Part shown: positions 19,211 to 29,715 of the stretch, in pieces
Numbering within the stretch: position 1 is the stretch's first letter
Layout of the letters: the number at the start of each line of letters is the position of its first letter
Origin: an uncultured Planctomycetia bacterium
GTDB taxonomy: Bacteria > Omnitrophota > Gorgyraeia > Duberdicusellales > 4484-171
DNA: 64,000 nt
NCBI GenBank assembly: GCA_964629655.1
Contig: CAZVQU010000002.1
Span: 226,814-290,813 of the forward strand
Direction of reading: 5' to 3'
The notes under the pieces: model-generated
Seen by the model: only the letters and a program-made list of their open reading frames with translations
Database searches by the model: none
What the model was told of the DNA's origin: nothing
Made by a program: the position numbers and the translations under genes

Positions 19211-19957
19211 TTACTTAGTTAATATCCAGGGTCCCTTTTTAGTTATCGCTATTGTATGCTCAAAATGAGCTGATAAAGAATTATCTCTGGTTTTAGCAGT
19301 CCAGCCGTCACTTGACACATCTACGTTAAAGTCGCCGGATGAAACCATAGGTTCAACAGCAATAACGTACCCTTCTAGCAATTCTTCCCCACAATCGACA
19401 TTTCCAAAATTAGGAACTTCTGGTGGTGAATGCAAACTTCTACCTATTCCATGGCCGACAAATCTTCTAATAACCGAAAAACCATTTTCCTCTACGCATC
19501 TTTGAACGGCCGAGCTTACATCCCCTATTTTCTTGCCAACCTTTATTTGGCTTATCCCTTGCTTAAGCGATTCTTGAGTAGCTTTCACTAACCTTTTTGC
19601 CAAAAGGGAAACTTTGCCTACTATATAGGTATAAGCAGTATCCACAAATAAACCCTGATACTTAATTCCCAGATCCACGCTCACTAAATCCCCGTCCTTA
19701 ACTAATCTTTGGGAAGGAATTCCGTGAATTATCTCTTCGTTAACTGAAACGCAACAGGAAGCAGGATAGCTCATAAACCCTTTAAAGGCTGCTTCCATCC
19801 CTGGATACCCGCTTATCTCTCTTTCAAAGAACTCTTCTATGTCTTTTGTCGAAATTCCTGGTTTTATGAATCTTTTTAATCTCTTTAAAATCGTTGCCGC
19901 CACCTTGCCTGCCTTCCGCATTATTTTTAAATCTTGGCGGCTTAAAGGTTCACTCAT
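19211..19957 (-). CDS. map: Methionine aminopeptidase type I
   Basis: 248 aa, pita-bread fold with conserved metal ligands (D...D...H...E...E pattern). Confidence 0.9.
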   Translation of the reverse strand: MSEPLSRQDLKIMRKAGKVAATILKRLKRFIKPGISTKDIEEFFEREISGYPGMEAAFKGFMSYPASCCVSVNEEIIHGIPSQRLVKDGDLVSVDLGIKYQGLFVDTAYTYIVGKVSLLAKRLVKATQESLKQGISQIKVGKKIGDVSSAVQRCVEENGFSVIRRFVGHGIGRSLHSPPEVPNFGNVDCGEELLEGYVIAVEPMVSSGDFNVDVSSDGWTAKTRDNSLSAHFEHTIAITKKGPWILTK

Positions 19958-20583
19958 TACAATTCTTGTTTTATTCTCTCAAAGATCTTTTTAATGTCTC
20001 CCCGACCATCAATTTTAACAAGCTTATTTTTATCTTGATAAAACTCTAAAATCTTATTAGCCTCATCAGTAAACACTGACCACCGTCTCTTTATAACCTG
20101 AGGATCATCATCTTCCCTCTGAGTTAACTGACCGCCGCACTTATCGCAGATACCCTCTTGCTTTGAAGGTAAACTTACTAAGTGATAGTTGGCACCGCAG
20201 GATTTACAAACTCTTCTTTTAGAAAGACGATCAACGATTGTCTGCTCATCAATGTCTAGATAAACAACCCTATCAACATCGCTACTCTTTCTAGTTAAAA
20301 TCTCCTCCAATCTCCTAGCTTGATCTAAATTGCGAGGATAACCATCAAGCAGAAAACCGCTGCCATCAATATTCTCCTCGACTACCCGTGAAACTAATTC
20401 ATCGGGCACTAAAGCTCCTTGTTCCATATAGTTCTTTACTTCCTGGCCTAAACTGCTATTCTTTTTAACCTCTCCTCTTAAGATATCACCGAGGGATATC
20501 TTCCTGACACCGAGAAAATCTGCCAACAGCATTGCCTGTGTTCCTTTACCTGAGCCTGGTGAACCAAAAAGAATTACCCTCAT
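19957..20583 (-). CDS. adk: Adenylate kinase (zinc-lid type)
   Basis: MRVILFGSPGSGKGTQA P-loop, and lid CKSCG...CDKCGG. Confidence 0.95.
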   Translation of the reverse strand: MRVILFGSPGSGKGTQAMLLADFLGVRKISLGDILRGEVKKNSSLGQEVKNYMEQGALVPDELVSRVVEENIDGSGFLLDGYPRNLDQARRLEEILTRKSSDVDRVVYLDIDEQTIVDRLSKRRVCKSCGANYHLVSLPSKQEGICDKCGGQLTQREDDDPQVIKRRWSVFTDEANKILEFYQDKNKLVKIDGRGDIKKIFERIKQEL

Positions 20584-21935
20584 TTTCTCCCTTTCAAAGT
20601 GTTACCCTTGATAAAACCATCGTAATGGCGGACAAGAAGCTGTCCTTCAATTTGCTTCATAGTATCTAAAACTACTCCAACCATGATCAAAAGAGTAGTG
20701 CCGCCAAAAAGTGAAGCTAACGCATACGAAGGAACCCTGAAGACATGCATAACAATGTTAGGAAATACAGCAATAAAACCAATGTAAAGAGCACCGATAA
20801 AAACAATCCGCGAAGCTACAAAATCGAGATAAGTTGCTGTAGGCCGACCTGGTCTTATCCCAGGAATAAAACCTCCATATTTCTTTAAATTGCTAGATAT
20901 CTCTAAGGGGTTAAATACCATGGCAGTATAAAAATACATGAAGAACATGATCATAGCAACAAAGACAAGGTTGTACCATAATCCTCTTTGTTGAACTGCA
21001 GCTTGCAAAAAGCTAAGAATGCCTCCCTTCTGAGGGAAAAACATTAATATTGTAGCCGGAAAAGAGATAACACAGCTAGCAAAAATTATGGCAATTACTC
21101 CTGACATATCCAGCTTTATCGGCAAATAAGTGCTCTGACCGCCATAGACACGTCTGCCAACGACTCTCTTCCCATACTGGATAGGAATCCTACGCTGGGC
21201 TTGAGTAAAAAGAACTACCGCCGTAAGCATTGCCAGAAACAAAACTACCAATGCAATTACTATCGGAGTAGCGATTTGCCGTTTAGAAGGGTCAAAAGGC
21301 GAATAAAGAATCCATAGTTGACGTAAGGAGGATGGAATACGAGAAATAATACTAGTAGTAATAATTATCGATATTCCATTACCAATACCTCTTTCCTGAA
21401 TCTGTTCACCTAGCCACATGACAAAGACCGTCCCGCAAGTTAAGGTAAGTATAGTAATCAATTTAAACATTAACCCCGGGGTAGGAACAATTACAATCCC
21501 ATCAAAATTTGCCGGGTTCTCCAGCCATAAAGATAAAAACAATCCCTGAACTGAGCATAAAATAAAGGTGAAGTATCTGGTAAATTGATTTATCCGCTCA
21601 TAGCCGGCTTTGCCCTCTTTAGCAATTCTCTCTAACGCCGGTACAACACCGGTAAGAAGTTGCATGATAATCGATGCTGAAATATAAGGCATAATGCCTA
21701 AAGAAAAAATACTCAAACGCGTTAAGGCACCTCCGGTAAAAAGATTAACCATACCAAAAAGACCCTGGCCTTGAGTTTTGGCAAGTTTATCAAAAAACTG
21801 AGTCAAAGCGAAAGTATCTACTCCGGCAGTAGGAATGAAACAACCGGCACGATAAACAACCAATAAAGACAAGGTTATAAAAATCTTTCGTTTGAGCTCC
21901 TCTACTTTAAATATATTACCTATCGAGTTAAGCAC
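20580..21935 (-). CDS. secY: Protein translocase subunit SecY
   Basis: 451 aa, about 10 TM helices, spc-operon position. Confidence 0.95.
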   Translation of the reverse strand: MLNSIGNIFKVEELKRKIFITLSLLVVYRAGCFIPTAGVDTFALTQFFDKLAKTQGQGLFGMVNLFTGGALTRLSIFSLGIMPYISASIIMQLLTGVVPALERIAKEGKAGYERINQFTRYFTFILCSVQGLFLSLWLENPANFDGIVIVPTPGLMFKLITILTLTCGTVFVMWLGEQIQERGIGNGISIIITTSIISRIPSSLRQLWILYSPFDPSKRQIATPIVIALVVLFLAMLTAVVLFTQAQRRIPIQYGKRVVGRRVYGGQSTYLPIKLDMSGVIAIIFASCVISFPATILMFFPQKGGILSFLQAAVQQRGLWYNLVFVAMIMFFMYFYTAMVFNPLEISSNLKKYGGFIPGIRPGRPTATYLDFVASRIVFIGALYIGFIAVFPNIVMHVFRVPSYALASLFGGTTLLIMVGVVLDTMKQIEGQLLVRHYDGFIKGNTLKGRK

Positions 21936-22378
21936 TCTATACTTCCTCCAGCAGCCTCAATAAGTTTCTTGGTCTTAGCAGAAAACTTATCTACTTTAAC
22001 TACTAATTTTTTTGAAAGCTCGCCATCTATATTTGCTAAAACTTTAACTGGTTTGCTGTCATTCCGTATTAGCTTAAACTTCTTTAATGTTTGTGGATTG
22101 ATCTCTTCGTTTGCCTTTGACTTCTTTTGGATATCTCCTAAACTAACTATCTGGTACTCTACTATTCGCGGAGGCTTAAAACCTCTTTTTGGAAGAGTCC
22201 TGGCTAAGGGAAGATTACCTCCCCTAAAGCCAGCATAAGGTAGTTTCTTACCTGAACGCTGACCAGCACCTTTATGACCTCGACCGGCAGTCTTGCCCGA
22301 TCCGCTACCAGCACCTCGACCTAACCTCTTAGGTTTCTTTACTTTCCTGCCTATTTTTACAATATTAGATAAATCCAT
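21920..22378 (-). CDS. rplO: 50S ribosomal protein L15
   Basis: Gly/Arg-rich N-terminus GRGAGSGSGKTAGRGHKG. Confidence 0.9.
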   Translation of the reverse strand: MDLSNIVKIGRKVKKPKRLGRGAGSGSGKTAGRGHKGAGQRSGKKLPYAGFRGGNLPLARTLPKRGFKPPRIVEYQIVSLGDIQKKSKANEEINPQTLKKFKLIRNDSKPVKVLANIDGELSKKLVVKVDKFSAKTKKLIEAAGGSIECLTR

Positions 22379-22379
22379 T

Positions 22380-22886
22380 TTAATCCTTCGCAGATGCCAA
22401 AGGCTCCTCTCGATCGCCTTTTAAGCTCTTTAAACCTTCAAAGGTAGCTTTAACTACATTCACCGGATTAGTTGTATTCTTTAAGTTTTTAGTTAAGATA
22501 TCCTTTATTCCAGCACACTCGCAGACTGCTCTTACCGGAGAACAGGCAACAACGCCAGTTCCTTGTGCTGCCGGTTTAAGCAAAATACCCGCAGCGCCGA
22601 ACTTCCCAATGACCTGATGCGGTATAGTTGTTCCCTTCTTCTTTATCGGTACTACTAGTTTTCTTGCTTTACCTATCCCTTTTCTTATAGCATCAGCAAC
22701 TTCATTAGCCTTACCTAGAGCAAAGCCAGCTGAAGATACCCCGTCACCTACTACTACTAGAGCGGCAAAACCTAAATTCTTACCACCTTTAGTAACTTTA
22801 GTAGTCCGGTTAATAAAGAGAACTTTCTCAATAAAAGCTCCCTCTTTGCTATCAGCACTATTGTTTCTATTCCTATTGTCTTTCAA
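22380..22886 (-). CDS. rpsE: 30S ribosomal protein S5
   Basis: Conserved S5 domains. No L30 gene lies between rpsE and rplO. Confidence 0.9.
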   Translation of the reverse strand: MKDNRNRNNSADSKEGAFIEKVLFINRTTKVTKGGKNLGFAALVVVGDGVSSAGFALGKANEVADAIRKGIGKARKLVVPIKKKGTTIPHQVIGKFGAAGILLKPAAQGTGVVACSPVRAVCECAGIKDILTKNLKNTTNPVNVVKATFEGLKSLKGDREEPLASAKD

Positions 22887-23236
22887 AACTTCAATCCTCC
22901 TTCTCTTGCCCCTTCAGCCAATTTCTTTACTCTCCCATGATATTTATAACCACCACGGTCGAAGCTGACAGCCTTAACCCCTAAGCCTTTAGCTTTCTCG
23001 GAAATCATCTTACCGACCTCTTTAGCTGCATCTTGGTTAGTAGGTTTTATCTTCTTCTCTTTAAATTCCTTGCTAAGAGTAGAAGCACTTATTAACACTT
23101 TACCAAGAGAATCGTTGATCACCTGAGCGTAAATATGTTTTTTGCTCCTAAACACCACTAAGCGTGGCTGGCTCTCTACGCCTCTAATTTTACGGGTAAT
23201 ACTCTTATGTCTTCTCTTTCTTCCTATCTGCTTCAT
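22883..23236 (-). CDS. rplR: 50S ribosomal protein L18
   Basis: 117 aa, conserved order and sequence. Confidence 0.9.
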   Translation of the reverse strand: MKQIGRKRRHKSITRKIRGVESQPRLVVFRSKKHIYAQVINDSLGKVLISASTLSKEFKEKKIKPTNQDAAKEVGKMISEKAKGLGVKAVSFDRGGYKYHGRVKKLAEGAREGGLKF

Positions 23237-23772
23237 TTTGCTAATGCTTTTCCTAATTTTTTACGTACTTCCTCTCCTTTATATCTTATGCCTTTACCCT
23301 TGTAAGGCTCGGGAGGATATACTTTCCTTATTTTCGCGGCAAACTCACCAACTTTTTGTTTATCAATCCCGGAAACTTCAATACGAGTTACAGCCGGAGT
23401 TGAAACCTTTAAACCTTGTGGCACGTCCATCTCTACCGGATGAGAAAACCCTACATTTAAAGCAAGCTTCGCTCCTTTCATTTGTGCCTTATAGCCTACA
23501 CCAATTATCTCTAGCTCTTTCTTAAATCCTTCAGTTACACCCTTCACCATATTTCCAATTAAAACCCTGATTGTCCCGTGAAGACTCCTTAACTGCTTGG
23601 AATCATTGCCTCTTGTAACTGTTAAAATATTATCTTTAACCTCTGCCTTAATGCCGGCTGGAATATCGAGGTCTAGCTTACCACCCTTACCTTCAACAAG
23701 GCAAAGACTGCCCTCAAGTTTAACTTTTACATCCTTTGGTAATTCTAGTATTTGTTTTCCTATCCGTGACAT
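23233..23772 (-). CDS. rplF: 50S ribosomal protein L6
   Basis: 179 aa, two L6 repeats. Confidence 0.9.
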   Translation of the reverse strand: MSRIGKQILELPKDVKVKLEGSLCLVEGKGGKLDLDIPAGIKAEVKDNILTVTRGNDSKQLRSLHGTIRVLIGNMVKGVTEGFKKELEIIGVGYKAQMKGAKLALNVGFSHPVEMDVPQGLKVSTPAVTRIEVSGIDKQKVGEFAAKIRKVYPPEPYKGKGIRYKGEEVRKKLGKALAK

Positions 23773-23778
23773 CTTTTA

Positions 23779-24174
23779 TCACCAAATCATTCCGATAACT
23801 TCGCCGCCAATGCCCTTGGCCTTAGCCTGTCTGTCAGTAAGTATCCCTCCTGAAGTAGAAACCAGGGTCACTCCATATCCACCTAAGGCAATTGGTATAC
23901 CCTTCCTCTTGGTATACACCCTTCTCCCCGGCGAAGAAATCTTTTTTATCTGAGTAATAACACTCTTCTTACCCTCATATTTTAAATAGACCTTTATCTT
24001 CTTAAGCTTCTCTAAGTCGACCTCTTTGAAGTTCTCCAAATACCCTTCTTTCTTTAAAATTTCACAGATCTTCGACAAAGGGTTGGAATAAGGAATATAG
24101 GTATCCTCTTTCTTTGCTCTTAGAGCATTTCTTATTATCGTAAAAGCATCACTAATTAAATCTGTTCTACTCAT
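23779..24174 (-). CDS. rpsH: 30S ribosomal protein S8
   Basis: 131 aa, conserved. Confidence 0.9.
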   Translation of the reverse strand: MSRTDLISDAFTIIRNALRAKKEDTYIPYSNPLSKICEILKKEGYLENFKEVDLEKLKKIKVYLKYEGKKSVITQIKKISSPGRRVYTKRKGIPIALGGYGVTLVSTSGGILTDRQAKAKGIGGEVIGMIW

Positions 24175-24222
24175 TTTATCGCCTTCTCACTTTTTTATTT
24201 TACTCACCTTAAATTAACCAGC

Positions 24223-24417
24223 TTACCAGCTGGCTTTCTTTACCCCGGGAATCAACCCTTGCCAGGCAAGCTGCCGGAAGCAGATTCGACAAAGTTCAAA
24301 ATCCCGAATATAGGCCCTAGGTCTGCCGCAGAGGCGGCATCGGCTCTTGTATCGGGTAGAAAACTTTGGCTTCTTCTTCTCCCTCTTCCATTTTTCAATT
24401 TTAGCTGTAGTCGCCAT
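24223..24417 (-). CDS. rpsZ: 30S ribosomal protein S14 type Z (zinc-binding, 64 aa)
   Basis: [23 protein letters not shown]-x2-C...C-x2-C. The ORF-track N-terminus was trimmed to [10 protein letters not shown], ending next to the rplE stop. Confidence 0.85.
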   Translation of the reverse strand: MATTAKIEKWKREKKKPKFSTRYKSRCRLCGRPRAYIRDFELCRICFRQLAWQGLIPGVKKASW

Positions 24418-24418
24418 T

Positions 24419-24988
24419 CTACCTCCTAAACGGAAACCCAAACGATTTGAGCAATTCTCTTGCTCCTTCATCATTGGTCGCACTAGTATTAATACATATA
24501 TTCATACCTTGGGTTCTGCCTACCTTATCAAGGTTAATTTCAGGGAATATTCCCTGTTCAGATAATCCAAAGGTATAATTCCCTCTTCCGTCAAAAGACT
24601 TAGAAGAAAACCCTCTGAAGTCGCGGATTCGAGGCATTGCTACTGTAATAAGACGATCTAGAAATTCATACATCATGTTTTTTCGCAGAGTTACGCAACA
24701 ACCTACGGATTGCCCTTGCCTCAGTTTAAAGTTAGATATCGCCTTGCGAGAACGACATATCTTAGCCTTTTGCCCAGTAATCACTCCTAAATCCTCAGCT
24801 GCTTTTTCAATAATCTTGGAATCAGAAACCGCTTCTCCAACTCCCATGTTTACTACAATCTTTATCAAGCGGGGCACAGCAAGATCATTCTTAGAATTAA
24901 GCTTATCCTTTAGCTGAGAAACTATTTGCTCTCTGTAGATTGTAAGCAACCGCGGTATGTATTTCTTTTCTAAATTGGCCTCTGACAT
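24419..24988 (-). CDS. rplE: 50S ribosomal protein L5
   Basis: [16 protein letters not shown] motif. The start overlaps the rplX 3' end by 19 nt. Confidence 0.9.
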   Translation of the reverse strand: MSEANLEKKYIPRLLTIYREQIVSQLKDKLNSKNDLAVPRLIKIVVNMGVGEAVSDSKIIEKAAEDLGVITGQKAKICRSRKAISNFKLRQGQSVGCCVTLRKNMMYEFLDRLITVAMPRIRDFRGFSSKSFDGRGNYTFGLSEQGIFPEINLDKVGRTQGMNICINTSATNDEGARELLKSFGFPFRR

Positions 24989-25284
24989 TTCCTACAAATC
25001 CTCACTTTGCTCTTGTCGTCGGATATCTTCACACCAAACCTTACCCCTTTGTTACAACTACCACAGAGTAACGCTACGTTAGAAGCATTGATGGTTGCCG
25101 GAACCTCTTTTATTCCCCCGGTCTCACTCTCTGACCGACGACGAACGTGTTTTTTTACTAAATTTACACCCTCTACTACTACTCGCTTAGGCTTAGAGCT
25201 AACCCGCAAAATCTTACCGACTTTCCCCCTGCCTTTACCAGCAATCACTACTACCTTATCGCCTTTCTTGATATCTAAACCCAT
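24970..25284 (-). CDS. rplX: 50S ribosomal protein L24
   Basis: MGLDIKKGDKVVVIAGKGRGKVGKI KOW motif. The C-terminus is Cys-containing. Confidence 0.9.
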   Translation of the reverse strand: MGLDIKKGDKVVVIAGKGRGKVGKILRVSSKPKRVVVEGVNLVKKHVRRRSESETGGIKEVPATINASNVALLCGSCNKGVRFGVKISDDKSKVRICRKCQRPI

Positions 25285-25288
25285 AAAC

Positions 25289-25654
25289 TTATATTACCTC
25301 CGGAGCCAAAGACAATATCTTACTAAACCTATCTCTAAGCTCCCTTGCCACCGGGCCAAACACCCTAGTTGCCCTGGGATTACCTTGCTTATCAATTATT
25401 ACACAAGCATTCTTATCAAATTTAATTGCTAAACCATCTTTTCTCTTTATTGGATAGCGTGTTCTTACTACTACCGCCCTTATAACCTCACCTTTTTTTA
25501 TCGCAGCATTGGGCGAAGCTACTTTAACACTCCCGGTAATGACATCACCAATATCGGCACGGTCCTTATTCTTCTTGCCGATGACACTGATAAAAGCAAC
25601 CTTTCTTGCTCCGCTATTATCCGCTACATCTAATTTAGTTCTAGTATAAATCAT
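25289..25654 (-). CDS. rplN: 50S ribosomal protein L14
   Basis: [10 protein letters not shown] motif, 121 aa. Confidence 0.95.
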   Translation of the reverse strand: MIYTRTKLDVADNSGARKVAFISVIGKKNKDRADIGDVITGSVKVASPNAAIKKGEVIRAVVVRTRYPIKRKDGLAIKFDKNACVIIDKQGNPRATRVFGPVARELRDRFSKILSLAPEVI

Positions 25655-25911
25655 TTTGTAATCTCAAGAAGTTTAAAACACTTGTCCTTTGAAATTGGGC
25701 GGCACTCAATTATCTTTACCCGATTACCAATCTTGGCCTGATTATTAACATCATGAGCCTTAAATTTCTTTTTCTTTATTAACGGCCGCTTGTATAATTG
25801 ATGCGAAAACTTCATCTTTACCAAGACCGTAATAGTTTTATCTCTCTTATCAGAAGTAACTAAACCTTCTAAAACTTTACCTTTTTCCACTATCGGCTCC
25901 TTGTTTTTCAT
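25651..25911 (-). CDS. rpsQ: 30S ribosomal protein S17 (a GTG start at 25890 preceded by AAGGAG is possible)
   Basis: [16 protein letters not shown] ... ECRPISK motifs. Confidence 0.85.
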   Translation of the reverse strand: MKNKEPIVEKGKVLEGLVTSDKRDKTITVLVKMKFSHQLYKRPLIKKKKFKAHDVNNQAKIGNRVKIIECRPISKDKCFKLLEITK

Positions 25912-26080
25912 TCAAAACCGTAAAAATACGGGCAATATCCTTCTTGACCACTTTGAAAAGATGCGGTTTCTCTACTCCGCTTCTGCGTTTAAATTGCAAT
26001 TCCATAAGCTGCTTGTTCAAATCATCTAATTTATCTTGCAATTCTTGCTCTGATAATCCACGTAATTCTTCTATCTTCAT
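25877..26080 (-). CDS. rpmC: 50S ribosomal protein L29
   Basis: MKIEELRGLSEQELQDKLDDLNKQLMELQFK. The 3' end overlaps rpsQ. Confidence 0.85.
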   Translation of the reverse strand: MKIEELRGLSEQELQDKLDDLNKQLMELQFKRRSGVEKPHLFKVVKKDIARIFTVLNEKQGADSGKR

Positions 26081-26083
26081 CTC

Positions 26084-26494
26084 TTACCTCTTTCTGGTTA
26101 CAAACATAGTCTTAAAGCCCAACTTATAAGCAATCAGACGAAAAGATGCTCGGGCATAATCTTCAGGAATTCCTCCAAGCTCAAAAAGGACCCTTCCTCT
26201 TCTTATAACCGCTACCCAACCTTCAACCTCACCCTTACCCTTACCCTGACGGGACTCAGCAGGTTTTTTTGTTATTGGCTTATCAGGAAAAATTCTTATC
26301 CACAGCTTGCCACCTCTTCTTAAGCGCCTGGTAAGAATAATTCTTGCGGTTTCAATTTGCGTATTCTTAAGCCAGGCTGCTTCTAAAGCTTTTATTCCAT
26401 ATTCACCAAAAGAAACTTTGGAACCGGCGACGGCAAGCCCTTTGCGCCTTCCACGTTGGGTTTTTCTATATTTTACTCTCTTAGGAATAAGCAT
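26084..26494 (-). CDS. rplP: 50S ribosomal protein L16
   Basis: [20 protein letters not shown]-terminus. Confidence 0.95.
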   Translation of the reverse strand: MLIPKRVKYRKTQRGRRKGLAVAGSKVSFGEYGIKALEAAWLKNTQIETARIILTRRLRRGGKLWIRIFPDKPITKKPAESRQGKGKGEVEGWVAVIRRGRVLFELGGIPEDYARASFRLIAYKLGFKTMFVTRKR

Positions 26495-26496
26495 AA

Positions 26497-27165
26497 TTAA
26501 TTTTTTTGGTCTTCTTTAATTAGGTAGTGCCCCAATCTCTTCTCACCTTTATAAATCCATACCTTGATTCCTATTGTTCCGTAAGTAGTCTTGGCGATAT
26601 AGAACCCATAATCTATGTCAGCCCGGAATGTCTGTAAAGGCACTTTGCCATATTTATAAGATTCTTTACGAGCAATCTCTACTCCGCCTAAACGACCTGA
26701 GCACTTTATCTTTATTCCTTCGCCGCCAGAGGAAACTGCTTGCTGTATAGCTTTCTTCATTGCTCGTCTAAAATGTACTCGTCGAATAAGCTGAAAACCA
26801 ATCATCTCAGCAACTAGTTGTGCTTCTAATGCCGGCTCAGTAACTTCTTCTACATCAATAATAATTTCTTTCTTAGCTAATCTACCTAGCTCTGCCTTCA
26901 CCCGCTCAATATCCTGGCCCCGCCTTCCGATGATGACCCCTGGCCGAGAAGTTCTTATCCTAATCCTTATAATATTTAAGGATACCCTCTCTATGACTAT
27001 CGTTGCCACTGAGCCTCTAGAGTAGCTCTTCTTAATATGCTCTCGTATCCGTATATCCTCTTCTAAAAATTCAGCAAACTCTCTCCTTTTGGGGGTAAAC
27101 CAACGTGAGAGCCAATCTTTACCAAATCCGATCCTTAATATATAGGGGTGAACTTTTTGTCCCAT
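26497..27165 (-). CDS. rpsC: 30S ribosomal protein S3
   Basis: [15 protein letters not shown] domain N-terminus, 222 aa. Confidence 0.95.
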   Translation of the reverse strand: MGQKVHPYILRIGFGKDWLSRWFTPKRREFAEFLEEDIRIREHIKKSYSRGSVATIVIERVSLNIIRIRIRTSRPGVIIGRRGQDIERVKAELGRLAKKEIIIDVEEVTEPALEAQLVAEMIGFQLIRRVHFRRAMKKAIQQAVSSGGEGIKIKCSGRLGGVEIARKESYKYGKVPLQTFRADIDYGFYIAKTTYGTIGIKVWIYKGEKRLGHYLIKEDQKN

Positions 27166-27169
27166 AAGC

Positions 27170-27529
27170 TTACTTTGCCTTTGCTCCTTTAATTAACTTT
27201 TCTGAGCTTCCCAGCTCTATTAAAATATGCGATGTCCTCTTTCGGATCATCGTTGCCCTACCAAAAGAAGCTGCGCGATACCTCTTTAAAACTGGACCAG
27301 GGTTAGCCACAACCTTAGAGATAAACAACTTGCCCTCTTGATATCCCTTACTCTTAGCATTTGCTAAGGCCGACTTTAATACCTTGTTTAAGTAATAAGC
27401 GCCTCTTTTATTAATTAGCACTAATTTAGCTAGCGCTCCGATTACCTTTGTGTTCTTTATCAAAGTAATAACCGGTCGAACCTTCGTGGGGGAAATTCTA
27501 ATATATTTTGCTTCTGCTCTAGCTACCAT
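27170..27529 (-). CDS. rplV: 50S ribosomal protein L22
   Basis: 119 aa, conserved. Confidence 0.9.
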   Translation of the reverse strand: MVARAEAKYIRISPTKVRPVITLIKNTKVIGALAKLVLINKRGAYYLNKVLKSALANAKSKGYQEGKLFISKVVANPGPVLKRYRAASFGRATMIRKRTSHILIELGSSEKLIKGAKAK

Positions 27530-27547
27530 AATAAACCTTTAACAATC

Positions 27548-27835
27548 TTACTTCTTCTGTATTGCTTTCTTTGCCTTTATGCCACCATGCTGTTTAAATA
27601 TCCTGGTCGGTACGAATTCACCCAAACGATGCCCCACCATACTCTCAGTTACAAAAACCGGAATATGTTTCTTGCCATTATGCACTGCAAAGGTAATCCC
27701 TACGAACTCCGGATCAATCATTGAACTGCGTGACCAAGTTTTTATAGACTTCCGGCTTCCACCTTCTTTGGCTGCTCGAGCCTTCTTCAATAACTTAGGA
27801 TCAATAAAAGGACCTTTCTTCAACGAACGACTCAT
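27548..27835 (-). CDS. rpsS: 30S ribosomal protein S19
   Basis: [12 protein letters not shown] ... GHRLGEF. Confidence 0.95.
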   Translation of the reverse strand: MSRSLKKGPFIDPKLLKKARAAKEGGSRKSIKTWSRSSMIDPEFVGITFAVHNGKKHIPVFVTESMVGHRLGEFVPTRIFKQHGGIKAKKAIQKK

Positions 27836-28686
27836 TTTTTAGATTTCCTTTTTTTAACTCTTCTCTTAATAATATATTTACTGCTTCTGTTTCTAGGATT
27901 CCTAGTTTTTGCACCTTTGGTAGGTTTTCCCCAGGGAGTAACCGGATGAGGATTACCTTGGCCAGCCTTACCCTCGCCACCACCATGGGGATGATCAATC
28001 GGATTCATAGCTACCCCTCTTACCTTAGGGCGCCGACCCAGCCAGCGTATCTTGCCAGCTTTACCATGTCGAAATGAAGCATGCTCAATTAAGCCCATCT
28101 GTCCTATGGTAGCTCGGCAATCTTCTTTTAATAGACGAATCTCACCGGAAGGCATACGTAATTGAGCGAACCCTCTTTCCTTAGCCATAAGTTGGGCTGA
28201 ACTGCCCGCGCTTCTGGCCAAGATGCCGCCCTTTCCTGGGTTTAGCTCTATATTGTGAACTATTGTTCCCATAGGCATATGTTTTAGCTTCATGCAATTG
28301 CCGGGCCTTATATCCACCTGGGTATCAGCTGCACTTATTATCTTATCTCCAACCTTTAGATTGTCCGGCCAGATGATATACCTTAGCTCTACATCAGGAT
28401 ACTTTATTAAAGCAATACGTGCACTCCTGTTAGGATCATACTCGATAGCTATTACCTCACCGAGAATATCATATTTGTCTCTCTTAAAATCTATAATTCG
28501 ATATTTTCTTTTACTTCCGCCGCCACGTCTTCTAACAGTTATCCGGCCGCGATTATTTCTTCCACCACTTTTTTTCAAGCTAGTAGTTAGAGACTTCTCG
28601 GGCTGACTCTTGGTAACTTCGGAAAAATCAGAAATTACCTTAAATCTCTGTGAAGGCGTTACTGGTCTAAACTTTTTTACTCCCAT
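27832..28686 (-). CDS. rplB: 50S ribosomal protein L2
   Basis: 284 aa, [16 protein letters not shown] ... HPHGGGEGK. Confidence 0.95.
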   Translation of the reverse strand: MGVKKFRPVTPSQRFKVISDFSEVTKSQPEKSLTTSLKKSGGRNNRGRITVRRRGGGSKRKYRIIDFKRDKYDILGEVIAIEYDPNRSARIALIKYPDVELRYIIWPDNLKVGDKIISAADTQVDIRPGNCMKLKHMPMGTIVHNIELNPGKGGILARSAGSSAQLMAKERGFAQLRMPSGEIRLLKEDCRATIGQMGLIEHASFRHGKAGKIRWLGRRPKVRGVAMNPIDHPHGGGEGKAGQGNPHPVTPWGKPTKGAKTRNPRNRSSKYIIKRRVKKRKSKK

Positions 28687-28689
28687 AAC

Positions 28690-28980
28690 TTAAACAATTT
28701 TGATTTCAGATCCTTCTTTTAAAGTGACAATAGCCTTCTTCCAAGAAGCAGTCTTACCAGCTTGGTTGAATCTAAGCCTTTTCATCTTACCTTTAACCGT
28801 TAATACCGAAGTCTTTATCACTTTCACCTTATATATCTTCTCTATAGCCCGTTTTATCTGAACCTTATTGGCATCTTTGCCAACCCTGAAGGCATACTTT
28901 CTGAAAACAGAATCCCGAGCTGACTTTTCAGTAACTAACGGTGACTTAATAATAGAATAAACACTCTTTACGACAGACAC
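28690..28980 (-). CDS. rplW: 50S ribosomal protein L23
   Basis: 96 aa, conserved. Confidence 0.9.
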   Translation of the reverse strand: MSVVKSVYSIIKSPLVTEKSARDSVFRKYAFRVGKDANKVQIKRAIEKIYKVKVIKTSVLTVKGKMKRLRFNQAGKTASWKKAIVTLKEGSEIKIV

Positions 28981-29693
28981 TTTTTAATCCTCACTTCTAC
29001 ATCTCTTAAGGCATTCTTGGTTAAAACTAATCTCTTACAATCAATTATCTCTGTAGCGTGGACATCGCTAGCTTTAGCTAATAACACCTTCTTAATATTG
29101 CCGGTTGCCAACTTAAGATTAGGCTCTAATTTCTCAACCACTACCCTTAACTTTACCCCGTCTAGCTTCAGGCTTTTAACAATCTTAGAAAAATCTTTAG
29201 TTTTATGCGAAGTAACCTTTAAGTCACTAATAATCAGAATCTCTTTATCTCTCAATTTAGCATTAAGCGCACTCTTTAGAGCCATGGTCTTCATCTTCTG
29301 AGGTAAATCTTTATAGTAAGAATGCGGCTTGGGGCCAAAAGTAACTCCGCCGCCGCGCCAAAGAGGAGAACGTATTGAGCCTACCCTTGCCCGCCCAGTA
29401 CCTTTTTGCCGCCAGGGCTTTATTCCACCACCTCTGACATCACCTTTAGTCTTAGTTGAAGCCAGGCCCTTTCTCTGGTTAGCCAGATAGGTTACTACTG
29501 CCTGATGGATAAGAGCTTCGGAAATCTTACCGTCAAAAATGCGTTTCTCCAGCTCTATCTGCTCTACTTCCTTGCCTTGAATATTTAAAACCGGTAAACT
29601 TAGGCTCTTGGGCACCGCAGTAGTCTTGCTCAACGCTTTCTTCTTAACGCTCTTCTTGACTCCTTTCTTCTTGCTGGTTGCTTTAGCTTTCAT
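28968..29693 (-). CDS. rplD: 50S ribosomal protein L4 with a Lys-rich N-terminal extension of about 33 aa
   Basis: KPWRQKGTGRARVGSIRSPLWRGGG core. No alternative internal start codon before the conserved core. Confidence 0.9.
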   Translation of the reverse strand: MKAKATSKKKGVKKSVKKKALSKTTAVPKSLSLPVLNIQGKEVEQIELEKRIFDGKISEALIHQAVVTYLANQRKGLASTKTKGDVRGGGIKPWRQKGTGRARVGSIRSPLWRGGGVTFGPKPHSYYKDLPQKMKTMALKSALNAKLRDKEILIISDLKVTSHKTKDFSKIVKSLKLDGVKLRVVVEKLEPNLKLATGNIKKVLLAKASDVHATEIIDCKRLVLTKNALRDVEVRIKKCLS

Positions 29694-29715
29694 TACTACT
29701 TACCTAAATAAATAA

